From: Octopus sinensis
Lineage: Eukaryota
NCBI RefSeq assembly: GCF_006345805.1
Contig: NC_043009.1
Coordinates: 38,378,001-38,442,000 of the forward strand
Direction: 5' to 3'
Length of the DNA: 64,000 nucleotides
Every line of letters starts with the position of its first letter. Positions within the stretch are counted from its first letter, which is position 1. Shown in pieces: positions 14,933 through 27,504 of the stretch. The notes under the pieces were generated by a model. That model was not told where the DNA came from and searched no databases. It was given only the letters and a program-made list of their open reading frames with translations. The position numbers and the translations under genes were made by a program.

Positions 14933-15091
14933 TGGAATACAGTATATCTATCACTGTTTATTGGCGATTCATTCATCACTGATCCAGTAAAACACGCTAC
15001 GTTCAATTGTGAACTAAGTGACGCTTATCACAAATTGACTTGTAATAACACGGGCTGGCGATCAGTCAAAGATTTTCCTTGGATCGCAAAA
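14933..15091 (+). CDS. Candidate exon of orphan gene: WNTVYLSLFIGDSFITDPVKHATFNCELSDAYHKLTCNNTGWRSVKDFPWIAK
   Basis: Branch-like CCTAAC at 14905-14910, TAGTAG acceptor, 53 open codons, donor AAA|GTGCGC, phase 0. Confidence 0.5.
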
Positions 15092-15274
15092 GTGCGCTCT
15101 ACCCTGTTCAATCATTATGAAATTTTATTTTAAATATTCCAAATTTGAAGCAATACCATGTGTATCTAGATATTATTTGGAGATCTTATTTGGGCAAGTT
15201 AGGGGGGAAAACTTGGACTCATAGAACGAAACCAATTTTTCCATATATTTTATTATTCGTTTCTCACTGTTTAG

Positions 15275-15376
15275 TTTAACACTGTGTTTTTCTGGGTGAA
15301 GCAAACATCCGTGATAAACGAAGATAGGATGCATCAAAGCAATGTCCGCGCAGCTCTATACAGCAGGCAAGGTTAC
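15275..15376 (+). CDS. Candidate exon of orphan gene: FNTVFFWVKQTSVINEDRMHQSNVRAALYSRQGY
   Basis: Pyrimidine tract + TTTAG acceptor, 34 open codons, donor TAC|GTCAGT, phase 0/0. Confidence 0.55.
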
Positions 15377-15697
15377 GTCAGTATTTCTCTAATTTTTTTC
15401 TACTACCGCCCATCTTCCTTTGCTAAGACTTTTCACCACACCCCTTGCTACGATTCAATTACACCACGTATTTTCAATGTACATATATGAGTAAGTGTAG
15501 TTCCAGGTCTCAGATTGACGCAGGTAGTAATTTACCACCACAGCATAACTACAATGATGAGATGATGATGTTGATTATGACGATGATGATGATGATGATG
15601 ATGAAGATGATATAATATAATAATATAATATAACAACAACAACAATAACAATAACAATAACAATAATAATAATAATAATAATAAAATAATAATAATA

Positions 15698-15730
<33 letters not shown>

Positions 15731-15732
<2 letters not shown>

Positions 15733-17295
15733 GGCTTATGATACGTTGCCACATTCGTGGATTTTGGAAACACTTGACTTGTGTGGAGTAGCTGAGAACG
15801 TATGTGCGCTGATTAAGAACTGCACGCCTAACTGGAAAACAAGTCTTTTCTGTAACAACCAGCACTTAGCCGAGGTAGCAATCAAAAGAGACATCCTCCA
15901 GGGAGACTCTTGTTCGCCTTTGTTATTTGCTATAGACTTAATCCCACTTTCTCTACTCCTACGCAAAGTCAACGCGCTCTATGAGATGAGAAAGAATGGA
16001 CCTCGTCTCAACCACCTTCCCTTCATAGATAATTTAAAACTGTTCGCAAAAACAGAGCCTGAGCTGGAGAGGCTGACTGAGATTGTACAAATGTTCAGCA
16101 AGGATATTGGGATGGAATTCGCTATCTCGAAGTGTGCGGTGCTCACTTTGAAAACGGGGGAAAAGAGCAGATTGTAAGGGCACAGAATTGCCATACAGAG
16201 AGAGAATAAAAAGACCTGAGTGATAATGGATGCAAGTACCTTGGGATCCTGGAGCTGGACAATATCACGCACAGAGAAATGAAAGACAAGGTCATCTCTG
16301 CATATTTGAAGCGCCTCAAACGTCTCTTGAAATCATAATTCAACTCAAGGAACCTTGTGACTGCCATCAACATATGGGCTGTTACTGTAGTCCGCTATAG
16401 TGCTCCTATCCTGAAATGGACTCAAGCGGAGATTAACCAACTCGATCGCACAACCCGAAAGACAATAACATTGCATAGTGCTCTCCACCTTAAGGGGAAT
16501 GTACACAGGCTCTACATGAAAAGGTGTAAAGGTGGATGTGGGCTGATTAGCGTACGGGAGTGCATCGACAGTGAAAGAAGAAACATTGCAAAGCATTTGG
16601 TAAATAGCAAACAAGACCTACTAAAGTATGTTGTTAATGCAGAAGGATTTACCAAAAATGGACTTGAGAGTGCTAATCAAATCCGATAACGAATAGCCAA
16701 CGAGAGAGAAGGAACTCTACTCCGCATGGAATTACATCGTCAGTTCCACCGCGAAACTAACAACTTAAAAGACCAGGCAGCATCTTGGAGGTGGATCAGC
16801 AAGGGTGACCTAAAACAGAAGACTGAAAGCCTAATCATCGCTGCCCAGGATCAGGCATAGAATACCAACTCAATGAAAAGAGATATATATCACATAAGTG
16901 CACTGAACCTCTGGAGAATGTGTGGGAAGAGGATCGAAAGAGTGACTCACATTGCTGGTGCTTGTGAAAGTTTTGCGCAGGAAGAGTACAAGCGCAGACA
17001 CGATAAGGTAGCCCCAAACCTTCACTGGTTACTATGCCGGAAGTATGGATACGAGGTAACGGCTGCTTTGTACCAACATACACCAGAAAAGGTAATGGAC
17101 GAAAAGGGGAAGGCAAAACCCTTCTGTGACTTTGACTTCCAGAAAGATAAGGTGTTAGAGCACCGAAGGCCAGATTAAAAGACATATGAACAAAAATATA
17201 GAAGCTATACCGGCACAATCAATACTACACACTATTAAAAGAAATAGCTCTAGTAGGAACAGCCAACATCTTACGCAAGACACTATCAATTCAAT
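15731..17295 (+). mobile_element. 5'-truncated R4/Dong-like LINE in the last intron of the candidate gene
   Basis: Starts at the end of (AAT)n; KAYDTLPHSW, ILQGDSCSPLLF, NHLPFIDNLKLF, KYLG, AAQDQA, RRHD, RRPD; stops and frameshifts. Confidence 0.9.
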
Positions 17296-17611
17296 AATAC
17301 AACCCAAACGAAACAACCCACAAATACACGACACAATATATTGTAAATATTCAATAAAATAAACAAATACAAGCCGGTTGGGTTTATAAATGCTCTACCC
17401 ACACAACACACAATACAAACACAAAAACAACAACAAAAAACTGCACCAGACTGACACAATACAATACCAGGAAAAGTCTGCACTCCCCGCCAACAGCAAA
17501 AGAAAAAAAAAACACACAATAGTGCACACACCCAAGCAACACAAAGGCGTAGCAGGTGATGTAATTGAAATTTTCCTAAAACTACGAAATGTTGAATAAC
17601 AATAGCAATAT

Positions 17612-18160
17612 GAGTACCAGGCAGTGGGTTTCGTGGCTTATGATCTTAACTGACTGGAAGTGTTATCATGTACATTGCTTTGTCTTGGTATGAAAGATGG
17701 GCTACAGCAAATATTCTGCTCAATACCACAGATTTGCTTGTCAGTTGTTTGACCATAATTAGTTGAGCATGTCCCTTAGTGGCTGACGATATGTGCATCT
17801 CTGATCACGAGCAGAATTAGTGGGGGAGCATCATAGCCATGTGTTGAGAGGGATTCTTTGGGGTTTGAATGATTCACCTCTGGAAACATAGGGTGTTTCG
17901 TTCAACATCCTTAAACAGCCCTTATTCAGGGACCTTTTGAGCGGGATGGATTACTCGACCAGAAGAAAATTCTAACTGGGCCCCACCTGCAAGGTCATGT
18001 GCTGTTTATCTTGATATGAGATCACCATGTCGCGCACATATGGTTGTGATGCATGTGCCTAGTGTACCCTTATCAGACGGGTAGTCATGATGGGTATACT
18101 AGGCTTCGTATATTTTACCCAGTGTCATTTTGATGGCATGCACTGCTCTCTCACTGAATA
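17612..18160 (+). mobile_element. ~550 bp non-coding interspersed repeat family D ending in (AAT)n
   Basis: Highly similar to 62577-63125; partial copies at 37560, 39205, 40110. Confidence 0.85.
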
Positions 18161-18181
18161 ATAGTAATGATGATGATGATG

Positions 18182-18217
<36 letters not shown>

Positions 18218-18255
18218 TAATAATAATAATAATAATAATAACAATAATAATAATA

Positions 18256-18295
<40 letters not shown>

Positions 18296-18461
18296 CGATG
18301 ACGATGAAGATGATGATAACAACAACAACAATGGTAACAATAATAATAATAATGATGATGATGATGATGTGATGATGATGATGATGATGACGATGACGAT
18401 GAAGATGATGATAACAACAACAACAATGGTAACAATAATAATAATAATAATAATAATAATA

Positions 18462-18790
18462 TAATTTCTTTTATTAGCTACAAGGGCCCAAGACATAGAG
18501 GACAAAACACGAGTTACAACACACAAAAACAGGTGGGGGTTTACATCGATAAAAGGGAGACACTACCACATTAAAAGATATAACAAAGGATATATTAATA
18601 GAAATGAGAAAAAAAGAATTAATAAGTAAATAGTTAGACTCCCCAGTAACGGGGCAGTTCACTTAGCGTAATTCGGGGAAAACCTCACGCAAAATCCCAG
18701 ATTTACTCTGCCATCCCTAAAGCATGGGAAAGTGCCCTCTTCCAATTTCTTTCCTCCTGCTTAGAAAATCATACTCAGAGTCGATTCATT
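18462..18790 (-). mobile_element. Probable LINE 3' UTR whose terminus resembles the SINE B tail
   Basis: Minus strand ends TTTGTCCTCTATGTCTTGGGCCCTTGTAGCTAATAAAAGAAAT, similar to SINE B TTTGTCCTCTCTGTGTTTAGCCCCTTGTGGGTAGTAAAGAAAT. Confidence 0.4.
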
Positions 18791-18799
18791 CAGCATCAC

Positions 18800-19270
18800 C
18801 AGTATTGCCTAAGACTTGCTGATTGAAATCGATAAGATGTGGAATTTCAAGACGGTTACAATAACAGTGATTATAGGAGCACTTGAAATGATAAAAAAAG
18901 GGGACTGAAAATTATTTGAGGTTGATCCCTAGCTTACCATCGATGCAGGAAGAGCAAAAGGTTGTCTCAACTGCAGTTCTATATTTAAGAGATGAGGAAT
19001 TATGTACATTATTTACATTATTTACATTCGACGGATATTTGTCCTCATCTTTGTTGTTAATACAACGTTGCGGCTGATATCCCTTCAGCCTTCTCCAGGT
19101 GTCTTTTATTCTTTGCGCAGTGATTTAGGCGCTGAGCAATCCCTTTCTTTACACATACAGTCGAATTGTCAACCTGCAAGAAAGTACCATCTTGTGCTCT
19201 GGAAGAATTCTAAGGAAGATCCTTGAGGTTTGCGGAGACTTGTTATCACCAGAACTGAAGACTATATGCT
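18800..19270 (+). mobile_element. R4/Dong-like RLE fragments interrupted by a PLE terminal fragment (18975-19105, minus)
   Basis: DLLIEIDKMW...VIIGAL and SGRILRKIL motifs; the insert matches 48610-48735 and 51825-51930. Confidence 0.7.
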
Positions 19271-19345
19271 TGCTAACAAAAAGTAGTATGTAATAGCTAT
19301 ATAAGAATTATGATAAAAACGGTATAATTAATCATCTTAATTCAG

Positions 19346-19489
19346 ATATGGAATAGTGCTGGTAATTTTTGGAACGTCAGTTTGAAGACTACAGCATTTA
19401 ACGTTTACAGTAATGGAATGGAATGGGAAGATGGCAGACTTTTGGCGTTTGGACGTGATATCTGTAGAGAAGATTATATAAAGTGTTAG
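19346..19489 (+). CDS. Candidate terminal exon of orphan gene: IWNSAGNFWNVSLKTTAFNVYSNGMEWEDGRLLAFGRDICREDYIKC*
   Basis: TTCAG acceptor, phase 0, 47 codons + TAG, AATAAA about 47 nt downstream. Confidence 0.55.
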   Translation: MWNSAGNFWNVSLKTTAFNVYSNGMEWEDGRLLAFGRDICREDYIKC

Positions 19490-19739
19490 AATCAAAGTAG
19501 CGAAGATAGTGGTGGTGGAGTTGGTGATAGAAGATAATAAAATGAAGAAAAGAACAGTTATTTCTATATCTATATCTGCTGTGTATGAAAACATGTTTAG
19601 TCTAGCTGTTAAGATTGTTCTGCCGGTTAAAAATCTACGTTAATGGAAGTACGTGATCAGCAACTGGAATATTGCAATTTTGTATTTTTTTGTCCTTGGA
19701 ATTTCCTCGGGTGCAGTGTACCTCTAGTCCGATGTTCCA

Positions 19740-19834
19740 TTACTCAGTGATATGCAGATACCCCCAGGACTCGGATAACTTCAGTTCTATATGCATTTCA
19801 TAAATGGTCCGGTACGGTGTGGAGAAATTATGCT
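19740..19834 (-). CDS. Possible terminal exon of a convergent gene: HNFSTPYRTIYEMHIELKLSESWGYLHITE*
   Basis: Strong acceptor TTTGCTTTTTTTTTTGTCAG then 30 open codons in a GC-richer island; no upstream exon established. Confidence 0.25.
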
Positions 19835-20281
19835 CTGACAAAAAAAAAAGCAAATGAAAAGGAAATCAACCGTAGTTAGTTATACATCACACGACACAGC
19901 ATATGGCATAATGCATTTCCTGTATATATATATATTTATATATCCACATACATCCATATATGTATGCGTGTGTATATGTGTTGGTCTCCATGTATATATA
20001 CATATACATATACATACACACACATGCATATATATAAATGCATACACACACATATATACGTGTATTCATTTTCAGCTTCATAGCGCATTGACACCAGGAG
20101 ACATCAATGTTTTCATATATACATAAATACACACACCCATCCATCCATCCATCCATACTTGTATGCATGCACGCATGCATACATACGTTTATACACACAT
20201 ACACACACACACACACATATATATATTGCAGAGATGTGTATGCACTCATACATATACATATACAAATATACAGATACATGC

Positions 20282-20315
<34 letters not shown>

Positions 20316-20384
20316 TATATATATATATGTATGTATAATATATGTATATATGTATAATATATATATATATATATATAGGTATAT

Positions 20385-20424
<40 letters not shown>

Positions 20425-20461
20425 TTTCATATATATATATATTCATATCTCTTATCTATCT

Positions 20462-20493
<32 letters not shown>

Positions 20494-20538
20494 GAATATA
20501 TATATATATATATTATGTATATATATATATATATATTA

Positions 20539-20587
<49 letters not shown>

Positions 20588-20966
20588 GCATATTCATATT
20601 CATATTCAGCTTCACAGCGTATTGATATCAGGAGACATCAATATTTCCAGATAACTTCCTTCCATCAAGAGGCAGAAGAACAACAAAGTAACAAAAAAAA
20701 CAAAAACAACATTTCAAGTAAACTGTAAATAATTTCTTTTTTCTCTCAATTTACAATGGATATTTTTAACAATGAGAATACAGAAAAATACAAAACAAAA
20801 ACAAAAACAAAACGAAAACAAAACAAACCAAAACTAGAAAGAAAATTCTTTATAACTAGAAATAAGCATATAAACATTTTATCTTCTTCGTTCATATTTT
20901 TTCTGTGTTTTACTTATGTTTATCTCCATTTTACCATCTTTATATTTCTCTACCGTTAGTGCAAAT

Positions 20967-21008
<42 letters not shown>

Positions 21009-22029
21009 AATAATAATAATAATAATATAATAATAATAATAATATAATAATATTAATAATAATGATGATGATGATAGTAATATTAATAATAAAGAAATAA
21101 ATATATACGCCATAAAGAAACAAACAAAAAAATACCGTCTTTTCTAAATTGAGAATTTAGGAATTATCTACATTTTATTTCCAATTCTATTCTGTTTTCT
21201 TCATCTCCTACTGATGAAAGAAAGTTACCAGGAAACATAGATGTTTAAGCATACACTAATGTAAATCTATTGTTACCCAATATTTAAAGAGATTCCCCAC
21301 TTCACACAGATATGACAGTTAAAAGAAAATCCACTTTGGACTTTTTGTTTTATTGTATTTTTTGTTTTTGTTTTTGTTTTTGTATGTGTTAAATCTGATA
21401 AAATTGTACAAACAATATATTTTCTAAGTAAATACAGGAAGAATATGGAGTGAAACTCAAAAAAGTAAAAGTTTGAGAGTTAAAGATAATATAGTACCAC
21501 CACTTCCCCACACTACTACAATCTACGATTTCAAAACTAAAAGCTCCCACTTGAATTATAGAAAAAATAAGAATCATATATTAAAGAGACAAATATCACA
21601 AACAGCAATACATAAATAAATGAATATAAATAAGAAATTTAAAAAGATGAAGGAAGTGAAGAAATCGTGTTGAAGTCACGAGTACCATTCACTCGAAGCT
21701 GTGACATTTCTCAAATCATATTTCAAATATAATTCCAAACCTCTCTATGAATTCCTTGTAGTGATATTACTGCTGTATTTGATGGGTATATCAGATGCAC
21801 CCCAATTTCAACAGCATTTATTCAGAAAAGGACGATCTTAATACACTAAAGCTTATGAGAGGTTCATATTTGTAAATATGAGCCGGGGTGAGTATTTGAG
21901 AACTATTTTGAAAATAAACGCGTTTTATATGCCATGAAATACGATATATTTATGCATATACGTATGTATATATGTATGTATGTATGCATATATAATTATA
22001 TATACATCTCTCTCTCTCTTCCCCCTCTC

Positions 22030-22075
<46 letters not shown>

Positions 22076-22339
22076 TATATATATGTATATTTCATAGCAT
22101 CAAAGACGTTCGAGCATATTAGACGCACTCTAATCTCAGCAGCGCGTATTCAGGAACAACAACGTTTCGGTGCATTATAGCTTATGGGAGTCCCATTTCG
22201 CGTATAAGACCCAGTGTGAATTTTTGAGACACTTTTAGGGAAAAAAAAAGTGATTCTTTCTTATATGCTATCAAAGCAGTCATTCAATCAAGATCCTTTA
22301 ACTGATGTAGCTAGTTGGGGTGCCACTTTAGATGCTTTC

Positions 22340-22560
22340 ATAGTCAGCCATCGCCACTGGGCCTCTGTTCTTTGCCATGCGTAGAAGGTTCGCTGTGTTG
22401 TGATCCGCCCACTCCTTGATATTGTCAAACCAGGATTTTCTCTTTCTGACTCTCATTCGTCCTCCTTCAACTGTCCTGAAAAATGAGTTGGGACAGGAAA
22501 TTGTAACGTGATACCAGGTAAGCTTTCATCTTTTTACCTGCACAAGGAGTGGTTCCTGTC
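22340..22560 (-). mobile_element. RTE-clade LINE C-terminal fragment
   Basis: TVEGGRMRVRKRKSWFDNIKEW...LLRMAKNR matches the RTE C-terminal pattern. Confidence 0.7.
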
Positions 22561-22689
22561 TGTCAGCGTATTTGTTGACTTGCTGCATAACAAAGCTTGT
22601 AAATTCTGATAAGATTTACGAGAAGGCAAATATGCGTATTGTCCACGGTAATTTGGCCAGCGAAACAATGTTTCTAAAATAGACACAAG

Positions 22690-23850
22690 CGTGAAATTTT
22701 AGCAGGTGTGATTAGTTGAAAGGCAAAGTCGACCAGGACATAATTTAAACTCAGAACTTAATGAGTTAGAAGAAATGATGCTAAGCGTTTTGCCCGACAC
22801 GCAAACGATCCTTATTTCTTTATTGCCCACGAGGGGCTAAACAAGCACAGACAAAGGGATTAAGTCGATTACATCGACCCCAGTGCGTAAGTGGTACTTA
22901 TTCAATCGACCTCGAAAGGATGAAAAGCAAAGTCGACCTCGGCGGAATTTGAACTTAGAACGTAGCCGCAGAAGAAATACCTATTTCTTTACTGCTCCCA
23001 CGGGGCTAAACTCAGAGAGGACAAAAAAGGACAGACAAACGGATTAAGTCGATTATATCGACCCCAGTGCGTAAGTGGTAATTAATTTATCGACACCGAA
23101 AGGATGAAGGGCAAAGTCGGCCACGGCGGAATTTGAACTGAAAACGTACCGTACCGGCAGACGAAATACCACTAAGCATTTCGCCCGGCGTGCCGACTCG
23201 CAAACGATTCTGCCAACTCACCACCTTATTCCGAGAATTAATAATTCTTTTTATTGCATGCACAATCGATCCCCAGTGCTCAACTAGTACTTATATCATC
23301 AACCACGGATAGTGAAAAGCAAAGTCAATTTTCGGTCATTTTGTTGGACAAGGACGAGTCATTTACGTTGTCCCCAGTACTAGATAAATACTTTATTTTA
23401 CCGACCCCATTGGATGAAAATTAAAGTTGACCTCGACAAGATTTGAACTCAGAGAGTAGAGACGGACGAAAGGCCGTTATCGATTCCAGTGCTCAATTGG
23501 TACATATTTCATTGAGTCTGAAATGATGACAGGCAAAGCCAACCTTGACAGACTTTGAAATCAGAACAATAAGCGTGTCCAGCGTGTTAACGATTCTGAC
23601 AGCTCGCCCGCGTTAGGTTGCTGAATTAATAATCTTTTCTACTCTAGACACAAGGCTCGAAACTTTTGGGGAGGAGGCTAGTCGATTTGATCGACCCTAG
23701 TACGCAACTGGTTCTTAATTTATCGACTCCTAAAGGCTGAAAGGGAAAGTCGACCTCGGCGGAATTTGAACTCAGAACGTAAAGACAGACGAAATACCGC
23801 TAAGCATTACGTCCGGTGCGCTAATGTTTCTGCCAGCTCATCACCTTGTT
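22690..23850 (-). mobile_element. Cluster of SINE family B copies (nested/tandem, several ages)
   Basis: Six or more reverse-complement Meta-like cores; junctions at GGTATT and AG(A/G)ATC. Confidence 0.85.
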
Positions 23851-23861
23851 GATGAATTAAA

Positions 23862-23959
<98 letters not shown>

Positions 23960-24675
23960 ATGCATATATATATGTATATATATGTATATATATATATATA
24001 TATATGTTATATATATATATACATACAAAACGGAACAATCAAACAGTAGTCTTCATATTACCTATGACGTTTATAAATTACACACTGCTTTAGTTAATGG
24101 GAGCAGTTATATAGGGTCTAAATTTTTGTTCTTGGTTAAATGTCCCATAGTTAATCGACTACAGATATACAATATCTATAGTTAAGGCATATATAGGGCA
24201 GATTTTATGTAACTTCGTAGTTCGAACAATGAAATTAGCATCTTTTTTAAAGCTAGTAATAAAATAAAATGAATCTCGATCAAATATCCCGATAATGTTT
24301 GTTCAGTAGTTCGATAAAAAAAACGACCAGTTTCAACTAAATTAGGAAACAAGTGACTTAGTATTCACCAGATATGTGTACCACAGAGCCATGGAATCGG
24401 TGTGACGCAGTGTGATAAGTATGTATCTTTGAATTGCACGTTCAATCTATTCGGCTGGCTTCTACTCCGTTTTATTCTAGTAAATTTCACTCGGAAATAT
24501 GGGTCGATCAGAAGCTGTAGATAAGAGATGCCACAGGGAGGTCATTATTGCAAAGAAAACTTCTTAAACACTCGACCATATTGCTCTTATACTCAGTAAA
24601 TTAGGCATATTAAAATATGCTGCTACTACAGTGAATGCGATACTCCATTTAAAGTTGCAAAAGAACCATCTACAG

Positions 24676-27503
24676 CATAGCTTCCCAAAATGAGCGATAT
24701 CGCCCACCGGTGGGCGATTTCAACTTACAGGTGGGAAATGGGTGAATTCCTAGAAAATGGTGGGTGATTTGAGATTTTCGCGGGCGATATGAACATTTTG
24801 TGGGTGACAATGAATTTTTAGAAATTAAGTCTTCATTTACTGATATCTAGGGATGCCTAGAATAAGGGTGAACTTTTATATATTTGACTACTCGCATGAG
24901 ACGTCCCTTTGTATTAAAAAAGCGGACTTGTTTATCAATCGAATATTTTTGTCGCAGTCATTGAGATGGTTTTCATGCGTGATAAAAATGGCAGTCAAAT
25001 AGGCCTAGGCCTTAAATCACACTCCACCACAAATGTTTTTGCATAATCGCATGGAGTCCCGCGGATAGAATTCAAATTCACAAAATTTTCTGAAAACTCC
25101 GAAAAATAAAAAAGTTATTGGGAGTTATATGTCGTGCGTAATTCCGTGGTACAGTCACGCACAAAATGAAAGCTTGAAATCGTGTTTCTTGACTGGGTGA
25201 AAATGATCAAACTTTAAACCTCTATAACTTTTTAAAAACACTTTTCTGGAAAAAGTTGAATAACTCCAGTAATTTAGCTTGGAAAGATACATTAATGTGC
25301 AAAATTCTAAAATTTTCGATAAACTTTAATTTTTGAAATGCTAGCAACAAACGAACTAGATCCACATTTGCTCCAGTAATGACGTGTCATATGACTGCTC
25401 TATTGACTTCTTCTTTTGGAAATACCATTCTGCCTTTCTGACGCCGTCTGTAGAAATTCGATTTCACATTTTCATTTACTGATGCCTCCAGTCCAGAAAA
25501 TTTGTCGACAGAACAGTAGTGATTATTTATCATTTGGGGGTTATTTTCTCTCCTCAGAAGCAATGAAACCTCCACGCTTGAAGCATCACTTTGATGCAAA
25601 GCATTCTGACAAGGACAAGCCGTTATCATACTTTTTGCAACTGAGCTCCTCTTTCAAAAAGCAAATACAAACATTCAACACGCTCCTCCAGGAAATGGAG
25701 AATAACTGGTTGATTGCGTCGTACAACATTGCATTGCTTGTTGCTAAGTCTGGAAAGTCTCACACAACTGGAGAAACATTGTTTCACCCAGTTATCGAAG
25801 AGGTTTTGTCAACCGTTATTCACGAAAAACCCGATAACATTATGGAGAGGTTCCCTCTTAGTAATAACACAATTTCTCGACGCATCGATGAAATGGCCAA
25901 CGATGTCAAACATCAGCTCATTAATATTCTCCAGCGTTCTGAATTTTCTATACAAGTGGATGAGTCAACTATTGTTGACAATCAATGTTTGATAATGGTA
26001 TATGTACGTTATTTCAACAAAGACCTTCAACCTTGTGAGGAAATGCTGTTCAGAGAGAAATTGCCGCTTGATTCAAAAGGTGCAACTACTTTTCACACTC
26101 TCAAGTTTTTCCTTTTTGAACATAATATCTCACTCAGTAATATTCTTGCCTGTGCATCTGATCGAGCCCCTTCGATGGTAGGAAGATACCGAGATTTTTC
26201 ATCTCTCCCAAAGCGTGAAATTTCTCACAAGATACTAACTGTTCATTACTTGGCACACCGGCAACATTTAGTGGCAAAAACTATGAACAGTAGATTGAAT
26301 GATGCGCTACAGTTAGTTATCAAGACTGTGAATAATTTGAAGCCCAGGACCATACTAAACTCTTATACCATATCGAAGTACGGTGGCTGTCGAAAGAAAA
26401 CTGTGTTTTACGCTTTGTTTTACGCTTTGAAAATACTCCACTATCCGCTTCATTGATGGCTGCAAGGTGCAATATCTTTTCTCTTTGCGAGATATTCACA
26501 AAATTTAATGATATGAATAAGTTATTGCAAGGAAACAGAAAAACTCTCGTTGATTGTAAATCATTTACCACTACTATCATTTCGAAATTGGTGTTGTTTA
26601 AGACTAACATTTCAAAACGCCAATTCTATCAATTTCCACAACTTGATTCTTTGAAAGATGAATTGGTTGATGAGGATTTAACCACATATCGCAACTATTT
26701 ACAATCATTGCATGATAACACGGTGGAGCGATTTCAAGATGTTTTTGCGCTGAATATTCCAAATTGGTTTAGCAATCCGTTTGAGGTCGATGCAGTCGAT
26801 TGCGAGGATGGTGTTTAGGAAGAATTGATAGAATTACAAAATGACAATGACGCCACAATGTGATAACGCCGTAATGTCAAAGAAGGTTTGTGGTACTATC
26901 AGAGTATATTGAATTCTTAACCCAATCTGTGGAAACATCTGAAATTACTTTTGCTTGCCTTCCCTACCTCATTCTCTGGTTTTAACCATGTTGGAACTTC
27001 ATTTTCCTATAAAAGAATTGGACTGGACGTAATACAACGAGGAGACTTGCGGCTAAAGTCGACAAGTTTAAAACCGAATGTATCTGCACTAGCTGCATCG
27101 CACCAGACACATGGTTCTCATTAAAAAGTTTTATTATTTTCCTTTATAATACAATCACTAATTATTTTTGCATCATTAGTTTTGATCAATGGTTCACTTG
27201 GGGAAAATAAAAATCAGTGTAAAAGAAAGCGCAAGTTTCCAGAAGTTAATCTGTCTGCATAACATAGAATTAACATTATAATTTTATTTACATTAATGGC
27301 AAAATTAAACCCATGCTAAGAGATTTGCAAACAGCCGCATATTTAGTCCAAACGCTTGTGTGTTAAATGATATGGTGGGGGTCCTTTTGTGTTGAGAGTG
27401 TCTATGTCAGGGTTTTGTCTTTTACACAGGTGGGCGATGGAGCAATTTTTGGCCGATAGGTGGGCGATATTGCAATATAGCATGAAAAGTTTGGGAAACA
27501 CTG
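24676..27503 (+). mobile_element. Near full-length dead hAT DNA transposon (Buster/Charlie, ZBED5/SCAND3-like transposase)
   Basis: Right TIR GTTTGGGAAACACTG (= CAGTGTTTCCCAAAC) and decayed left TIR CATAGCTTCCCAAAA; left flank ATCTACAG resembles the NTCTAGAN target; subterminal TGGGCGAT repeats at both ends. Confidence 0.85.
25540..27123 (+). pseudogene. Disrupted hAT transposase
   Basis: MKPPRLKHH, HTTGE, LSNNTISRRI, FSIQVDEST, SDRAPSM (TDGA), HYLAHRQHL (HCxxH), LLAFPTS-SGF lacking the YLCE catalytic glutamate; frameshifts and stops. Confidence 0.85.
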
Positions 27504-27504
27504 C

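Noticed and set aside
15275-19489. Superficial profilin-like pattern in the orphan (AALYSRQGYIWNS..F; NGME)
   Set aside because: Spacing does not fit and the profilin C-terminal half is absent; no gene symbol assigned.
21720-22180. Possible mini-gene (MSR|ASKTFEH...) or decayed paralogue of an orphan exon on the minus strand
   Set aside because: Very short, has in-frame stops, and overlaps transposon-end-like words (TATTAGACGCAC, CGTATAAGAC).
25416-26818. Domesticated ZBED5/SCAND3-like host gene
   Set aside because: Retains TIRs, has frameshifts and stops, and lacks the catalytic region: a dead transposon.
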